64,000 nucleotides of DNA from Leptospiraceae bacterium (GTDB lineage: Bacteria > Spirochaetota > Leptospiria > Leptospirales > Leptonemataceae), in contig JAVJNR010000008.1 of assembly GCA_040217195.1 (NCBI GenBank), forward strand, positions 96,001-160,000, read 5' to 3'. Under the pieces are notes generated by a model that saw only the letters and a program-made list of their open reading frames with translations, searched no databases and was not told where the DNA came from. Positions 39,989-50,378 of the stretch are shown in pieces. The position numbers and the translations under genes are program-made. Numbering within the stretch: position 1 is the stretch's first letter; each line of letters starts with the position of its first letter.

Positions 39989-42598
39989 ATGTTTGATTTT
40001 ACCAAGAGAGCCAAGAGAGTCATTAACGAATACGCGCAGCAGGAAGCCAAGCGCCTGGGCCATGATATGATAGGTCCGGAGCATATCCTGCTGGGATTGC
40101 TCCGGGAAGAAGACTCTGTGGCTATCAAGATCCTGAAGAACCTGAGTATCGATCTCAATGAACTCCGCAAAGAGGTGGAGCGCCGGGCTCGCCAGGGCGG
40201 AAATACACTGCTTCTGGAAATTACTCCCAATCCAGATAAATATCAGAAGATCATAGATTATTCCAAAGAAGAAGCCCGCCGACTGAAGCATAACTATGTG
40301 GGCACCGAGCACATACTTCTGGCATTGCTCCGAGATAATAACAATGTAGCCGGAGCATCTCTGGCAAGCTTCCAGGTTAACTACTCAGTTATCAAAGGAG
40401 AGATCCTTAGAATTCTGGGTGTGGCCACCAGCGGTCCTGCGCCCAGCGGACGTACTGGAACTACGGAAAAATCTCGCACTCCTACACTGGATGAGTTTGC
40501 CCGGGACCTTACCCAGTTTGCCCGGGACAAAAAGCTAGAGCCAGTGATCGGTCGTGAAATGGAAATTCAGCGCCTGGTTCAGGTGCTCTGCCGCAAGACC
40601 AAAAACAATCCTGTGCTAATTGGTGAAGCTGGAGTTGGCAAGACTGCCATCGTTGAAGGCCTGGCTGAACGAATTATTCAAAATCAGGTTCCAGATATTC
40701 TTTTCGAAAAGAGAGTCATTTCTCTGGACCTGGCCTCTCTGGTAGCCGGAACCAAATACCGTGGTGAGTTTGAAGATCGACTGAAAAAGATCATGCGAGA
40801 AATTCAAAGCTCCCAGAATGTAATTGTATTTATCGATGAGTTGCACACTCTAATCGGCGCCGGAGCAGCGGAAGGAGCCATAGATGCGGCTAACATGCTC
40901 AAGCCAGCGCTGGCAAGAGGGGAGCTGCAATGCATTGGAGCAACAACTCTTACCGAGTACAGAAAATACATTGAGAAGGACTCAGCTCTTGAGCGTCGCT
41001 TCCAGCCTATCCAGGTAAAAGAACCTTCCAAGGAAGATGCCTATCTGATTCTCAAAGGTCTGAAAAAGTCCTTCGAGCAACATCACCGGGTTCGCTATTC
41101 CGATGACACCCTGGAGCTTGCGGTTAAACTTGCAGAGCGCTATATCAATGACAGATTCCTTCCGGATAAAGCCATCGATGTAATCGATGAAGCTGGTTCC
41201 AGGGCTCGTCTGGCCAACTCATCCAGACCACAGGAAATTGTAGATCTGGAAGAAGAGATCAAGATTCTTACTCAGAAGAAAGACGATATGGTCAAAGCTC
41301 AGGAATACGAGCGAGCAGCTCAGATCCGAGATGAAATCAACGTCAAGAAGGATCAGCTTCAGGAGCTAATCAACAACTGGCAGGAAAAGATCTCTGACTA
41401 TTCTGTAGATATTTCCGACGAAGATGTATATTCCGTAATCAGTTTATGGACTGGAATTCCTCTCGAGAAAATCGAAGAGGGAGAGGCAGAAAAACTGCTT
41501 CGCATGGAGCAGGAGCTGGCTCGCCGAATTGTGGGGCAGGTCGGCGCTGTGGAGCTGGTAAGTCGGGCGGTTCGTCGTTCCAGAACTGGATTCAAAGATC
41601 ATAGAAAACCATCCGGTTCCTTTATTTTCCTGGGACCTACCGGAGTGGGAAAAACGGAACTGGCCCGGGCTGTAGCAGATTTTCTGTTCGGTGAAGAGCA
41701 GGCTCTGTTCCGTCTGGATATGTCCGAATACATGGAGCCCCATTCAGTTTCCAAACTAATTGGATCCCCTCCCGGATACGTGGGCTATGACGATGCAGGT
41801 CAGCTAACAGAATTCGTAAGAAGACATCCTTATTCAGTGATTCTATTCGATGAGATTGAAAAGGCGCATCCGGATGTATTTAACATACTACTGCAAATTC
41901 TGGAAGAGGGAACTCTAACCGATACCCATGGTCGCAAAGTGGATTTCCGTGACTGTATCATCATCATGACTTCCAACCTGGGAGCCCGGGAACTGCAGAA
42001 AGGCGGACGTGTGGGATTTGCAGAGGATGAATCCCTGCGAGAAACCGGTAAGAAGGAACAGGCCATGGAAGCTCTTAAGAAGCATTTCAGCCCTGAATTT
42101 CTTAACCGAATCGATGAAATTATCAGCTTTCATTCACTGAGCAGTCAGGAGATTCGCCAGATCATTGGTATCATGGTGGAACGTATGAACACTCAGCTCT
42201 TCGATAAGAAGATACTGCTTGAGCTGGATGATAAAGCGAAAGACTGGATCGCCAAGAAAGGATTCGATGAGAAATACGGAGCCAGACCTCTGCGCAGAAC
42301 ATTGCAGCGAGAGATTGAAGACCGTATGGCCCAGAGATTCCTGGAAGGTGCCTTTCGCGAGCCGACCATAGTTCTTGTAAGTTCCGAAGGGGAAGGAACC
42401 GCGGAAGCTCTTAGCTTCCAGGAGAATCCCTGGGGCGAATACGAAGAAATCGTCCGGCAAAAGGAAGAGGCAAAGAAGCAAAGAGAAGAAGAATTGCGAG
42501 CCAAAAGCCAGAACAACATCAAGATGTCTGGCGGAGTAACCGTTAGAAATTCCGATTCTCCCTCTGCCCGGCCGGCCAATACGGGTCAGGTGAGTTGA
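39989..42598 (+). CDS. clpC: ClpC AAA+ chaperone / Clp protease ATPase subunit
   Basis: Clp N-domain repeats, two AAA modules ([16 protein letters not shown]), UVR M-domain '[11 protein letters not shown]', 'VGF' ClpP-docking loop; AGGAG SD before ATG 39989. Confidence 0.95.
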   Translation: MFDFTKRAKRVINEYAQQEAKRLGHDMIGPEHILLGLLREEDSVAIKILKNLSIDLNELRKEVERRARQGGNTLLLEITPNPDKYQKIIDYSKEEARRLKHNYVGTEHILLALLRDNNNVAGASLASFQVNYSVIKGEILRILGVATSGPAPSGRTGTTEKSRTPTLDEFARDLTQFARDKKLEPVIGREMEIQRLVQVLCRKTKNNPVLIGEAGVGKTAIVEGLAERIIQNQVPDILFEKRVISLDLASLVAGTKYRGEFEDRLKKIMREIQSSQNVIVFIDELHTLIGAGAAEGAIDAANMLKPALARGELQCIGATTLTEYRKYIEKDSALERRFQPIQVKEPSKEDAYLILKGLKKSFEQHHRVRYSDDTLELAVKLAERYINDRFLPDKAIDVIDEAGSRARLANSSRPQEIVDLEEEIKILTQKKDDMVKAQEYERAAQIRDEINVKKDQLQELINNWQEKISDYSVDISDEDVYSVISLWTGIPLEKIEEGEAEKLLRMEQELARRIVGQVGAVELVSRAVRRSRTGFKDHRKPSGSFIFLGPTGVGKTELARAVADFLFGEEQALFRLDMSEYMEPHSVSKLIGSPPGYVGYDDAGQLTEFVRRHPYSVILFDEIEKAHPDVFNILLQILEEGTLTDTHGRKVDFRDCIIIMTSNLGARELQKGGRVGFAEDESLRETGKKEQAMEALKKHFSPEFLNRIDEIISFHSLSSQEIRQIIGIMVERMNTQLFDKKILLELDDKAKDWIAKKGFDEKYGARPLRRTLQREIEDRMAQRFLEGAFREPTIVLVSSEGEGTAEALSFQENPWGEYEEIVRQKEEAKKQREEELRAKSQNNIKMSGGVTVRNSDSPSARPANTGQVS

Positions 42599-43107
42599 GT
42601 CCAGTACAGACAATATCGGCATATCAAGTAGCCCTGGAATCCGGCTTTCTGCTGGCCGGATCGGCTGTTCTTTCCGGTATCTGTCTGTACCTTAGTGTGA
42701 AACTGGCTCGTTGGCGATGGCAGAAAGTTGCCAACGGGCATGCAGAAATCACAAGAATCAGACCGTATTATCGCAGACCCGTCATTCCTCGAAGTCGATT
42801 TGTAGAGATCGAATATTCCTTCAAGCATCGTCGAAATAGCTTCAGCGGAAGTGCCATCGTTCCAATACGACATTTCATTGCTGATCTAGGCCCTATTATC
42901 GCTCAGGATCCTCGAGTGGATGTGCCTGTTTTACATTGCGATCGAAATGCCAGGGTAGTCGGTGAAGAGGCCATAGAGCATTTCTTGCTGGAAGGAAAGA
43001 GTAAGGTTCAGATACGTTATTTGCTCCGGGACCCGGCCCGAAATTTCCTTGCCTCGTCGGAAGGTCGCAGAAAAAGCATAGTAAGGAAGCGCTCAAGACA
43101 TTCTTGA
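42595..43107 (+). CDS. Small membrane protein, DUF3592-like
   Basis: N-terminal TM then 'RWQKVANG...IEYSF...[10 protein letters not shown]'. Confidence 0.55.
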   Translation: MSPVQTISAYQVALESGFLLAGSAVLSGICLYLSVKLARWRWQKVANGHAEITRIRPYYRRPVIPRSRFVEIEYSFKHRRNSFSGSAIVPIRHFIADLGPIIAQDPRVDVPVLHCDRNARVVGEEAIEHFLLEGKSKVQIRYLLRDPARNFLASSEGRRKSIVRKRSRHS

Positions 43108-43141
43108 AAGTGTTTAGCTCCCGGAACACCGGATTAATCTT

Positions 43142-43939
43142 ATGAAACGAAACTATATCCAGGGTTTTCAGGCCCTGACAGGGATTGCCCTGGCATCCAT
43201 TCTAGCCATACTAATATTCAGGGCAGGTAATCTGCATGCAGAGGAATTACCGCGGTACAACGAAGCGGTGCAGCTTTTCCAGCAGGGAAAATATGAGCAG
43301 TCCCTGGAGGCCATTCGCTCGGTTTTTGATGATCATAAATCCTCCTACGCATTCAGAGTTCTGGCTGCAGCAAACTATCTGGAGCAGGGAGATTATGCAA
43401 GCGCCGCATCCCACCTGAGATATTGCATGAAAGATCATCCAGGTCGGGCCGAGCCCCATGCACTGCTGGCAGCGGTATTTCGCAGATCCGGGCAGCCGGC
43501 CAAATCCCTGGCCCATATTCGAGACAACATTGGCAAATACCCGGACTCGGTGCAGATTCGCTGGGAAGCGGCTCTGGCCTATATTGCCCTGGATCGAGTG
43601 GAACCTGCAAGGATTCATGTAAGCAAAATACTTTCTGTGGATCCGAATCATTTTCGCGCCCTGTATCTGGATGGAGTTCTTTATCTGAAAGCAGGCGATC
43701 TGGAGAATGCTGAGTTCCGTCTGCGAAATGCGGCTCGTATTGGAACTTCGGATAAGAGGCTGCAATTTGGTCTTTTGAATAATCTGGGATTAACCCTGAG
43801 CCTTCTGGCCGCCCGTACCGATGGTGCCAGAAGGGCCGCTTACATTGAGCAGGCCAGGGAATACCTGGAGAAAGCAGCTGAGATCAGACCCGATGATCCA
43901 GCTCTAAAACGAAACCTGTCTACATTGCCTGCGTCCTGA
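43142..43939 (+). CDS. Exported TPR protein
   Basis: Signal/TM followed by TPR helices. Confidence 0.8.
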   Translation: MKRNYIQGFQALTGIALASILAILIFRAGNLHAEELPRYNEAVQLFQQGKYEQSLEAIRSVFDDHKSSYAFRVLAAANYLEQGDYASAASHLRYCMKDHPGRAEPHALLAAVFRRSGQPAKSLAHIRDNIGKYPDSVQIRWEAALAYIALDRVEPARIHVSKILSVDPNHFRALYLDGVLYLKAGDLENAEFRLRNAARIGTSDKRLQFGLLNNLGLTLSLLAARTDGARRAAYIEQAREYLEKAAEIRPDDPALKRNLSTLPAS

Positions 43940-45333
43940 TGATTACTACGGAACAAAAAACCGTAGCCATTCATACCCTGGGTTGCCGGCTCAATCAGTT
44001 CGAGTCAGATGGAATCATCGCCCGATTTCTGGATGAGGGTCAGAAGTATAGACTCATTAACCTGGAAAAAGGGCCAGACATAGCAATCATCAACACCTGT
44101 ACGGTAACGGATCAGGCTGAGTCCAGAAGCCGCGCTCTGGTTCGCAAGATACTGCGAAAGAATCCATCCAGCAAGATTGTAATTACAGGTTGCTACGCTC
44201 AGACCGATCCGGATCGCGTAGCTTCCATTCCAGGGGTCTTTGCAGTTATAGGAAATGATCGAAAGACCGGACTGAAAGGTATTGTGGAGGATCTGGAAAA
44301 AGGCATCCTTCCAGAGGGAAAGCCTGCGCAAACCACTGCACCGGTATTTTCCGCAGGAGGGCTGGATCGTCAGAAGGGCGAAAGCAAACGACCGGTGCTG
44401 GAAGATCCATTCGCATACGGTGATGTATTTCCTGTAGGTCACAGTCGTGCCTATTTAAAGATTCAGGATGGATGCGATAGACGTTGTAGCTATTGTAAGA
44501 TTCCAAGAGCCAGAGGAGGAGGGATATCCCGTTCCTTCGATGAAATCCTGGAGCATGTTAGTCGACTAAACGATCGGCGAATTCCAGAAATAGTAATTAC
44601 CGGTGTGAATCCCGGATGGTACAGAGATCAGGGTCGGTCCTTCAATCAATTGATCTTCGAAATACTTCAAAGACTGGATTACAGCCGACTACGACTGAGC
44701 AGCATTGAGCCCTGCGATGTGGATGAGCAACTGGCAGAGCTAAGTTTGCATCCTCGTTTCTGCAATTATTTCCATGTACCTCTTCAGAGCGGATCCCGAG
44801 AGATCCTGAGACTAATGCGCAGAACCTACTCTGCAGAAAGCTATCGCAAGAGGATGGAAACGGTACGAAGGGTTAATCCGGATGTATTTATGGGAACGGA
44901 TGTGATTACTGGATTTCCAGGTGAAGGCGAATCCCATTTTCAGGAAACCCTGGATCTGCTAAAGGATCTGGACATTGTTCAGGTTCATTGCTTTCCTTAT
45001 TCTCCAAGAGAAGGAACGGATGCTTTGAATCTTCCCGACCAGGTGGATCGCGGTGTGGCCAAACAAAGGGTTCGCACTCTGCAGGACTTTTCAGTAAGTC
45101 AATGGCAGAAGTACATAGCAGCCATGAATGCCCAGAAGAGGATTGGAGTCATAGAACAGCTGGACCAGGACAAACAACTGGGCACAGCTTTAAGCGATGA
45201 TTATGTTCGAATTCAATTCTCTACTGAAAATCGAAGTACCGAAGATCTGAAAGGAAGACTTGCCTGGTTTACTCTGGGGCAAGCGCAGAGCGATCGATCG
45301 GTCCAGGGAAAACTGGAAGAAGTCCTTCCCTGA
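43939..45333 (+). CDS. mtaB: tRNA t6A37 methylthiotransferase (radical SAM)
   Basis: 'TLGCRLNQFE', 'INTCTVT', 'TGCYAQ', 'KIQDGCDRRCSYCKIP'. Confidence 0.92.
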   Translation: MITTEQKTVAIHTLGCRLNQFESDGIIARFLDEGQKYRLINLEKGPDIAIINTCTVTDQAESRSRALVRKILRKNPSSKIVITGCYAQTDPDRVASIPGVFAVIGNDRKTGLKGIVEDLEKGILPEGKPAQTTAPVFSAGGLDRQKGESKRPVLEDPFAYGDVFPVGHSRAYLKIQDGCDRRCSYCKIPRARGGGISRSFDEILEHVSRLNDRRIPEIVITGVNPGWYRDQGRSFNQLIFEILQRLDYSRLRLSSIEPCDVDEQLAELSLHPRFCNYFHVPLQSGSREILRLMRRTYSAESYRKRMETVRRVNPDVFMGTDVITGFPGEGESHFQETLDLLKDLDIVQVHCFPYSPREGTDALNLPDQVDRGVAKQRVRTLQDFSVSQWQKYIAAMNAQKRIGVIEQLDQDKQLGTALSDDYVRIQFSTENRSTEDLKGRLAWFTLGQAQSDRSVQGKLEEVLP

Positions 45334-45397
45334 ATGCTTTGAGCCCCTTTGAACGCTTTGAATGCCTTGAGTGATTCAAGGCCTGGAACGAGTAATC

Positions 45398-46027
45398 CTA
45401 CATTTGATAATAGACCGTTTCTTCGAATTTCTCTGGATTCTTGAATAGAACAATTCCATACACGAATTCATTGATTTTCAATCGCTGGGAGATATTGTAC
45501 CCTGCTTCATCGATGAAATACTCCATGCGATCCCTGGATACCTTTTGCTGAATTTCAGGCCCGGATGGAGATTCTCTTCTTTCCCAGTCGATTACCACCA
45601 CCGGCCTTTCATCCTTTAGAACTCTGCCTATGCCTCGTAATGCAAGTGTGGGATCTGCAAAGGTAGACATAACACAGCTACAGAAGATCAAATCCATGGA
45701 TGGAATCCAGTCCGGAAGCAAAGGATGCTCGGTGCGCTCTACGTAAAAAGGGGTGAATCTTTCGATCTTTTCTTTTACCTTTCTCTGCAAACAGTAGTCT
45801 ATTAATAGCTCCTGACATTCGGCGCCCCAGACATGTCCGTCTTCTGGCAAATGCTTTAAAAAGGCATCCAGGAAGTAGCCGTTTCCCATGCCAAAATCCA
45901 GTACATTATGTGTATCATGCAGTGGAAGCTGGTTCAGGATGCGATTTACCGGAAACAGATCGGCCCGGGCCTGAGAGAGCAGGTATCGGTGATATTTAGG
46001 GTCTTCGTAAAATGGTAATCCGCGCAT
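45398..46027 (-). CDS. Class I SAM-dependent methyltransferase
   Basis: 'VLDFGMGNG', 'SMDLIF', 'RVLK...VVIDW'. Confidence 0.85.
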   Translation of the reverse strand: MRGLPFYEDPKYHRYLLSQARADLFPVNRILNQLPLHDTHNVLDFGMGNGYFLDAFLKHLPEDGHVWGAECQELLIDYCLQRKVKEKIERFTPFYVERTEHPLLPDWIPSMDLIFCSCVMSTFADPTLALRGIGRVLKDERPVVVIDWERRESPSGPEIQQKVSRDRMEYFIDEAGYNISQRLKINEFVYGIVLFKNPEKFEETVYYQM

Positions 46028-46130
46028 CTATGTTCACCGGTGCGGCCTTTATCGGCAGCTTTTTGCATGATCTGAATTGAATTTGCTAACTGGCAAGTCC
46101 GATAGTAGAGATAGGCTCAGACAGGAATAA

Positions 46131-48032
46131 ATGATGAGACGGTATTTTACACTTTGCATTGTCTTTGTGGCAATGGGCAGCCTCTTTGGTATTGAACGGC
46201 CGGACAAAATCCCGGGAATTGATCCTCTTCCCATGGCTCAGGGCGATGCCACTGGCATTTCAGACGAAAAACCAGCGGACAATCGGCCGGATGATGGCAT
46301 ACCCAACAATGAAAACACCGATCGACCGGATGGAGATAGCGGATTTCCCCGTGTAAGAAATCTAACGGTTACTCCGGATGCTCGTTATTCCAATTCTGCG
46401 AAGATCTCCTGGGAAGTGCATCCCGATCTATCCACCCGTCTTTATATTGTGCGATACAGTCGTCCCATCAGTACGCGAGAGCTACTTCTGGATTCCTACA
46501 ACCTGACTCCCAAACAACTGGAACCGGAGCAAACCACTTTCATAGACAAAGATATTCCTCAGGGAACGTATTATTATGCCATTGTGGCCAGCCATGAACT
46601 ATCCAAAGATGGTAGGCTCAAGCTTATCGCAGGTCAGAACTATACCGCTGTTCCATTCATAGTTGGCCGTCCTGGACCCACAGATTCCGAATCCTGCACC
46701 GCTGATAGGGACAGGGATTATCGCCCGGAAGAATTTCAGGTACTGGATATAGTGGCCATCAATACAGAGAAGGGAGTGGTTCTTAACTGGAAAAAACCTC
46801 CTGTTCCTGGCGTACGTTTTCATGTTTATCGCGGTCCGGATCCTCTGGATTCTGCGGAACGATTGGCCAAAGCGACTCGCCTGGGAGATGCAAGAGAGGA
46901 AAGTCCATTCTTCGAAGATACCAGCCCGGAAGATGGAAACCAGGTCTATTATGGTGTTTCTGTATTTGACTGCGTAAATAACAAAGAGTATCCGCTGTTA
47001 ACGTTGAATGAATCCTACATCAGTCATACCTATGTAAGGCCTGAGCGAAAGGTTCAGTTTGATAGCTTCCTTCCAGGCTCTTTGATGGCCTATCTGGCAA
47101 GCAAAGATACGATTCGACTTCTATGGGTGGATCCAGGTCCTGCTATTAAGGACTATGAGGTGTATCGCTCCTCGGAGCCCATCCAGGATCTTTCGGCCCT
47201 GACGCGTGCCAAGCAAATAGGTACAGTGGAAAATGGCGCCAACGGTTTCACCGATACAGGATTGAAGCCCGGTCAATATTTCTATGCATTGATTCCAAGG
47301 TCTACATCTGGAAGAAAGATTATGGAGCTTCAGGCAGGCAGGACTTTTACCGCCTTCGGGGTTTCCATTCGCGGCGGATCCTTCGATCCAGATAAACCGA
47401 ACCTATTCGAGACTCCAGGCGACGGACGAATCAAAGATCTGAGTGCAACGGTAGAAGGGGATTCGGTAATCTTCGAATGGAAGTTTGGCTCCGGTGTTAC
47501 CGAAGAGGATGTGCAGCTATTTCTGTATCGTAGCAAAGAGCCTCTGCCGGACATCCAGGCCATAGAACGCACCGGAGTGTTTCTGGCCGAGATTCCTACA
47601 TCCGCTCGCAGATATCTGGATCGCACCGGTGGTCAGCGCTACTACTATGCATTCGTAGAAAACTATCCTGCGAAGAAAAAAACCAATGTCTATCATACTC
47701 CAAAGCCTCTGGGGCCAGTAACTACTACAGAACCAGAGACCACAGAGACGGATACCAAACCTGGCGCCGATGATAGACTGAGACAGATCCTGGGCAAAAC
47801 CTATGCGATGCAAAAATACCAGGATTGTGTGGATGAGGTACGTAACTTTCTACAGGAAAAGGATCTTCCTGCAGAAGTGCGAGTGAAGGCACTCTTCTAT
47901 CAGGGACAGAGCTACTATTTCACCGGGCAGTATAACCAGGCCCGAGATATTTTTACCCGGAAGGATGTGATCGATCAATTTGGGGATCGGGCATTGTTCT
48001 GGTACCGACGAATCCTGGAGAGGACTGAATAA
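46131..48032 (+). CDS. Secreted protein with four FN3/Ig-like repeats and a C-terminal TPR
   Basis: Repeated 'LxW...YRSxxP...FxD...YYYA' modules; C-terminal 'ALFYQGQSYY'. Confidence 0.75.
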   Translation: MMRRYFTLCIVFVAMGSLFGIERPDKIPGIDPLPMAQGDATGISDEKPADNRPDDGIPNNENTDRPDGDSGFPRVRNLTVTPDARYSNSAKISWEVHPDLSTRLYIVRYSRPISTRELLLDSYNLTPKQLEPEQTTFIDKDIPQGTYYYAIVASHELSKDGRLKLIAGQNYTAVPFIVGRPGPTDSESCTADRDRDYRPEEFQVLDIVAINTEKGVVLNWKKPPVPGVRFHVYRGPDPLDSAERLAKATRLGDAREESPFFEDTSPEDGNQVYYGVSVFDCVNNKEYPLLTLNESYISHTYVRPERKVQFDSFLPGSLMAYLASKDTIRLLWVDPGPAIKDYEVYRSSEPIQDLSALTRAKQIGTVENGANGFTDTGLKPGQYFYALIPRSTSGRKIMELQAGRTFTAFGVSIRGGSFDPDKPNLFETPGDGRIKDLSATVEGDSVIFEWKFGSGVTEEDVQLFLYRSKEPLPDIQAIERTGVFLAEIPTSARRYLDRTGGQRYYYAFVENYPAKKKTNVYHTPKPLGPVTTTEPETTETDTKPGADDRLRQILGKTYAMQKYQDCVDEVRNFLQEKDLPAEVRVKALFYQGQSYYFTGQYNQARDIFTRKDVIDQFGDRALFWYRRILERTE

Positions 48033-49237
48033 TGTTATCGGCACAAAGAGCAATTTTTATCGCGGGGCTGCTGTTTCTCACCGCCGGAACTTCCTTTCTG
48101 GCTCTGGATCAATGGCGCTTTAGCCGGGTTCTGGGAGAAATGAATCTGGCTGGAAGCCCGGATGCAAGAGAGCAGATGAGAATGGAAGAGGGCATGAGCG
48201 ATCTGCGGGAAGCAGAGGAGTATCTGGCACAGAACTCTCTGGAATCCGCTCAGAAAGCCCATGATCGTTTTGTGCATGTTCTTTCCAGGGATCTGAACAA
48301 GGATGTGAATCAAAGGGCTTCCTACGGAATTGCAGCCAGTCTGGATCGACTGGGTGATCGGAACCGAGCTGTGGAGCATCTAAGGCTTCTACGTGATGAA
48401 GGGGTGAAAGATCCACTTCTAAGAGAAAAGACGGAATACCTTCTGGGCCGGCTGTTGATTCTATTTGGTCACGATGAAGAAGGAAAATCCATCCTTCAGG
48501 AGTTGCTGGCAAAAACCCAGAACCGGCTGATCAAATCCAGGATTCATACTACCTTTGGCGATTACTACCGACTTACAGGACAGAAAACAAAGGCAGAAAG
48601 AAACTATAGGATTGCTCTGGAATACAGTCCTGGTAACCTTCATGCAGAAGTGGAAAGAGCAGAGATGCTGGATGGGGATCCGCGCAGCAATTACTACTAT
48701 CATGAGGATTATCTGATCGATTCCAGTCTTCGAAAGAAGAAAGAAACCAAACAGACTACCACTACCAGGCCTTCCAGAAATCCCAGAAAGGATGAAAACA
48801 AAGGTAAGGAAGAAACCGAGAAGCCAGCCAAAGGAAATGCCAGGGAGCTGTACGAGCAGGGAATTAAACATTTTCGTGACAAACAGTACCCGGAAGCGGT
48901 TTCTAAATTCCAGGCGGCCCTTAAAGCCGGGCCAGATTCTGATCTTCGAGAGAATATATTGTATAGAATGGCCCTTAGTTTGAGCGCCGGTGGCGAAAAG
49001 AGCAAAGCTCTGGAGCTGTTTTCTGCGGTGATAGAGAATCCTTCCCTGCTACTTGACCAGGCGGCATACATCCAAAGGGGTATAATACTGTTCGATCGAG
49101 CTCAGGTGAAGGATGCCTACGAAGAATTCAAGCGTGCATCGTCTCAATTTCCAGATGGAGCCTATACGAACAAAGCTCTGGAATGGCAAAGAGAAGCGGA
49201 AAACATACTTCAGGATAGAGAGCGTTTAAAAAACTAG
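48032..49237 (+). CDS. Membrane-anchored TPR protein
   Basis: N-terminal TM, TPRs, start overlaps the upstream stop (TAATG). Confidence 0.8.
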   Translation: MLSAQRAIFIAGLLFLTAGTSFLALDQWRFSRVLGEMNLAGSPDAREQMRMEEGMSDLREAEEYLAQNSLESAQKAHDRFVHVLSRDLNKDVNQRASYGIAASLDRLGDRNRAVEHLRLLRDEGVKDPLLREKTEYLLGRLLILFGHDEEGKSILQELLAKTQNRLIKSRIHTTFGDYYRLTGQKTKAERNYRIALEYSPGNLHAEVERAEMLDGDPRSNYYYHEDYLIDSSLRKKKETKQTTTTRPSRNPRKDENKGKEETEKPAKGNARELYEQGIKHFRDKQYPEAVSKFQAALKAGPDSDLRENILYRMALSLSAGGEKSKALELFSAVIENPSLLLDQAAYIQRGIILFDRAQVKDAYEEFKRASSQFPDGAYTNKALEWQREAENILQDRERLKN

Positions 49238-49268
49238 ACCAGGTATTTAAATACCTGTCAAAATTAAC

Positions 49269-49297
49269 AGGTTCGCACATTGCTGCGGACCTTTTTT
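49269..49297 (+). terminator. Intrinsic terminator
   Basis: AGGTTCGCA-N6-TGCGGACCT stem running into a T6 tract. Confidence 0.7.
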
Positions 49298-49532
49298 ATG
49301 CCTTCATGGCATCTAAAAGCGCTGAGTATCGCAGCAAGTTGATTCAATACTAACTTCCAGGGAAAGTAACTTCGCCTTTTCATTCTTCAGCTAAGATCAA
49401 AGGATTAGTTTCCCATCCCCCCCATAGGCATGGCTGGAAACGTCGCAAAAAATTTACTGATGTGGACGCGAATTTCATAATCGAGTTGCATCATCGTGCC
49501 TGAATTTTTTTATGCGAACTGGAGTCAGTCAA

Positions 49533-50057
49533 ATGAGTAACGCTACCAGAAAGAAATACAATAAGAACATCACTGAAGGTATCAAACAGAGTAAGCGCGA
49601 GTACGCGGTCCGGTATTATGCCGAGCGAGATTATCGTAAGGATGATGCTACCGGAGGCGTGGATGCAAAAGAACTGAAGAAGAACTGGAAACATGTGGTT
49701 TCATACAGCATGTCTGAAGGGGATCTGGCACAGAAGCTTGCTACTTCCGTTACCTATATTCGCTATCTGCGCAGAAAGGTAGCAATCTGCCAGAAGCATG
49801 GCGTATCCGATGCGGCCGAAATATACAAACTATCCGCCGGCGTAGGCGAAAAAACATTAAAAGCATTCTTTGAGTCCAAAGGGAAGTCTGGCAGCAAAGG
49901 AACTCCGGCCAGCAAGAAAAAAGCTTCCGGGAAGAAGTCGGCCAAAAAGAAAGCAGCCAAGAAATCTAAGAAGTCCGCCAAGAAGAGCAAGAAGACTGCT
50001 AAAAAGAAAGCGGCCAAGAAGTCCAAAAAGGCTGCTAAGAAAAAAGCCCGCAAATAA
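49533..50057 (+). CDS. Putative nucleoid-associated protein: HTH-containing domain plus histone H1-like Lys/Ala/Ser tail
   Basis: GGAG before ATG 49533; 'SEGDLAQKLATSVTYIRYLRR' HTH-like segment; tail of KKSAKKKAAKK repeats. Confidence 0.75.
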   Translation: MSNATRKKYNKNITEGIKQSKREYAVRYYAERDYRKDDATGGVDAKELKKNWKHVVSYSMSEGDLAQKLATSVTYIRYLRRKVAICQKHGVSDAAEIYKLSAGVGEKTLKAFFESKGKSGSKGTPASKKKASGKKSAKKKAAKKSKKSAKKSKKTAKKKAAKKSKKAAKKKARK

Positions 50058-50163
50058 AGCGGGCCTGTATGGTCTCTCCTGGCCGGTGAATTCTGGCAGC
50101 AGGGACCGCTACCGGGCAAAAATGCTTTACGGCCAGAGGCCTGAAAAAGACACTGCATTCAAC

Positions 50164-50237
50164 GGGTCAGTAGCTCAGTTGGTTAGAGCACTTCTCTGAT
50201 AAGGAAGGGGTCGGAAGTTCGAGTCTTCCCTGACCCA
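50164..50237 (+). tRNA. tRNA-Ile (GAT), CCA not encoded
   Basis: GGGTCAG/CTGACCC acceptor stem, D arm, anticodon loop CTGATAA, T arm GGAAG-TTCGAGT-CTTCC. Confidence 0.97.
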
Positions 50238-50378
50238 AATCCCCTCCAGTTTCCTCAAACAATAGTTCTTTCGTTTCATTCCGTAGAAAGAACTGTCCAT
50301 TCAAGATTAATTAGCAGATCAGACCAGCTCGAATCCCGGTGATTGGATTTCTCAGAGTCAGAGTTTTATCTGGCAAAG

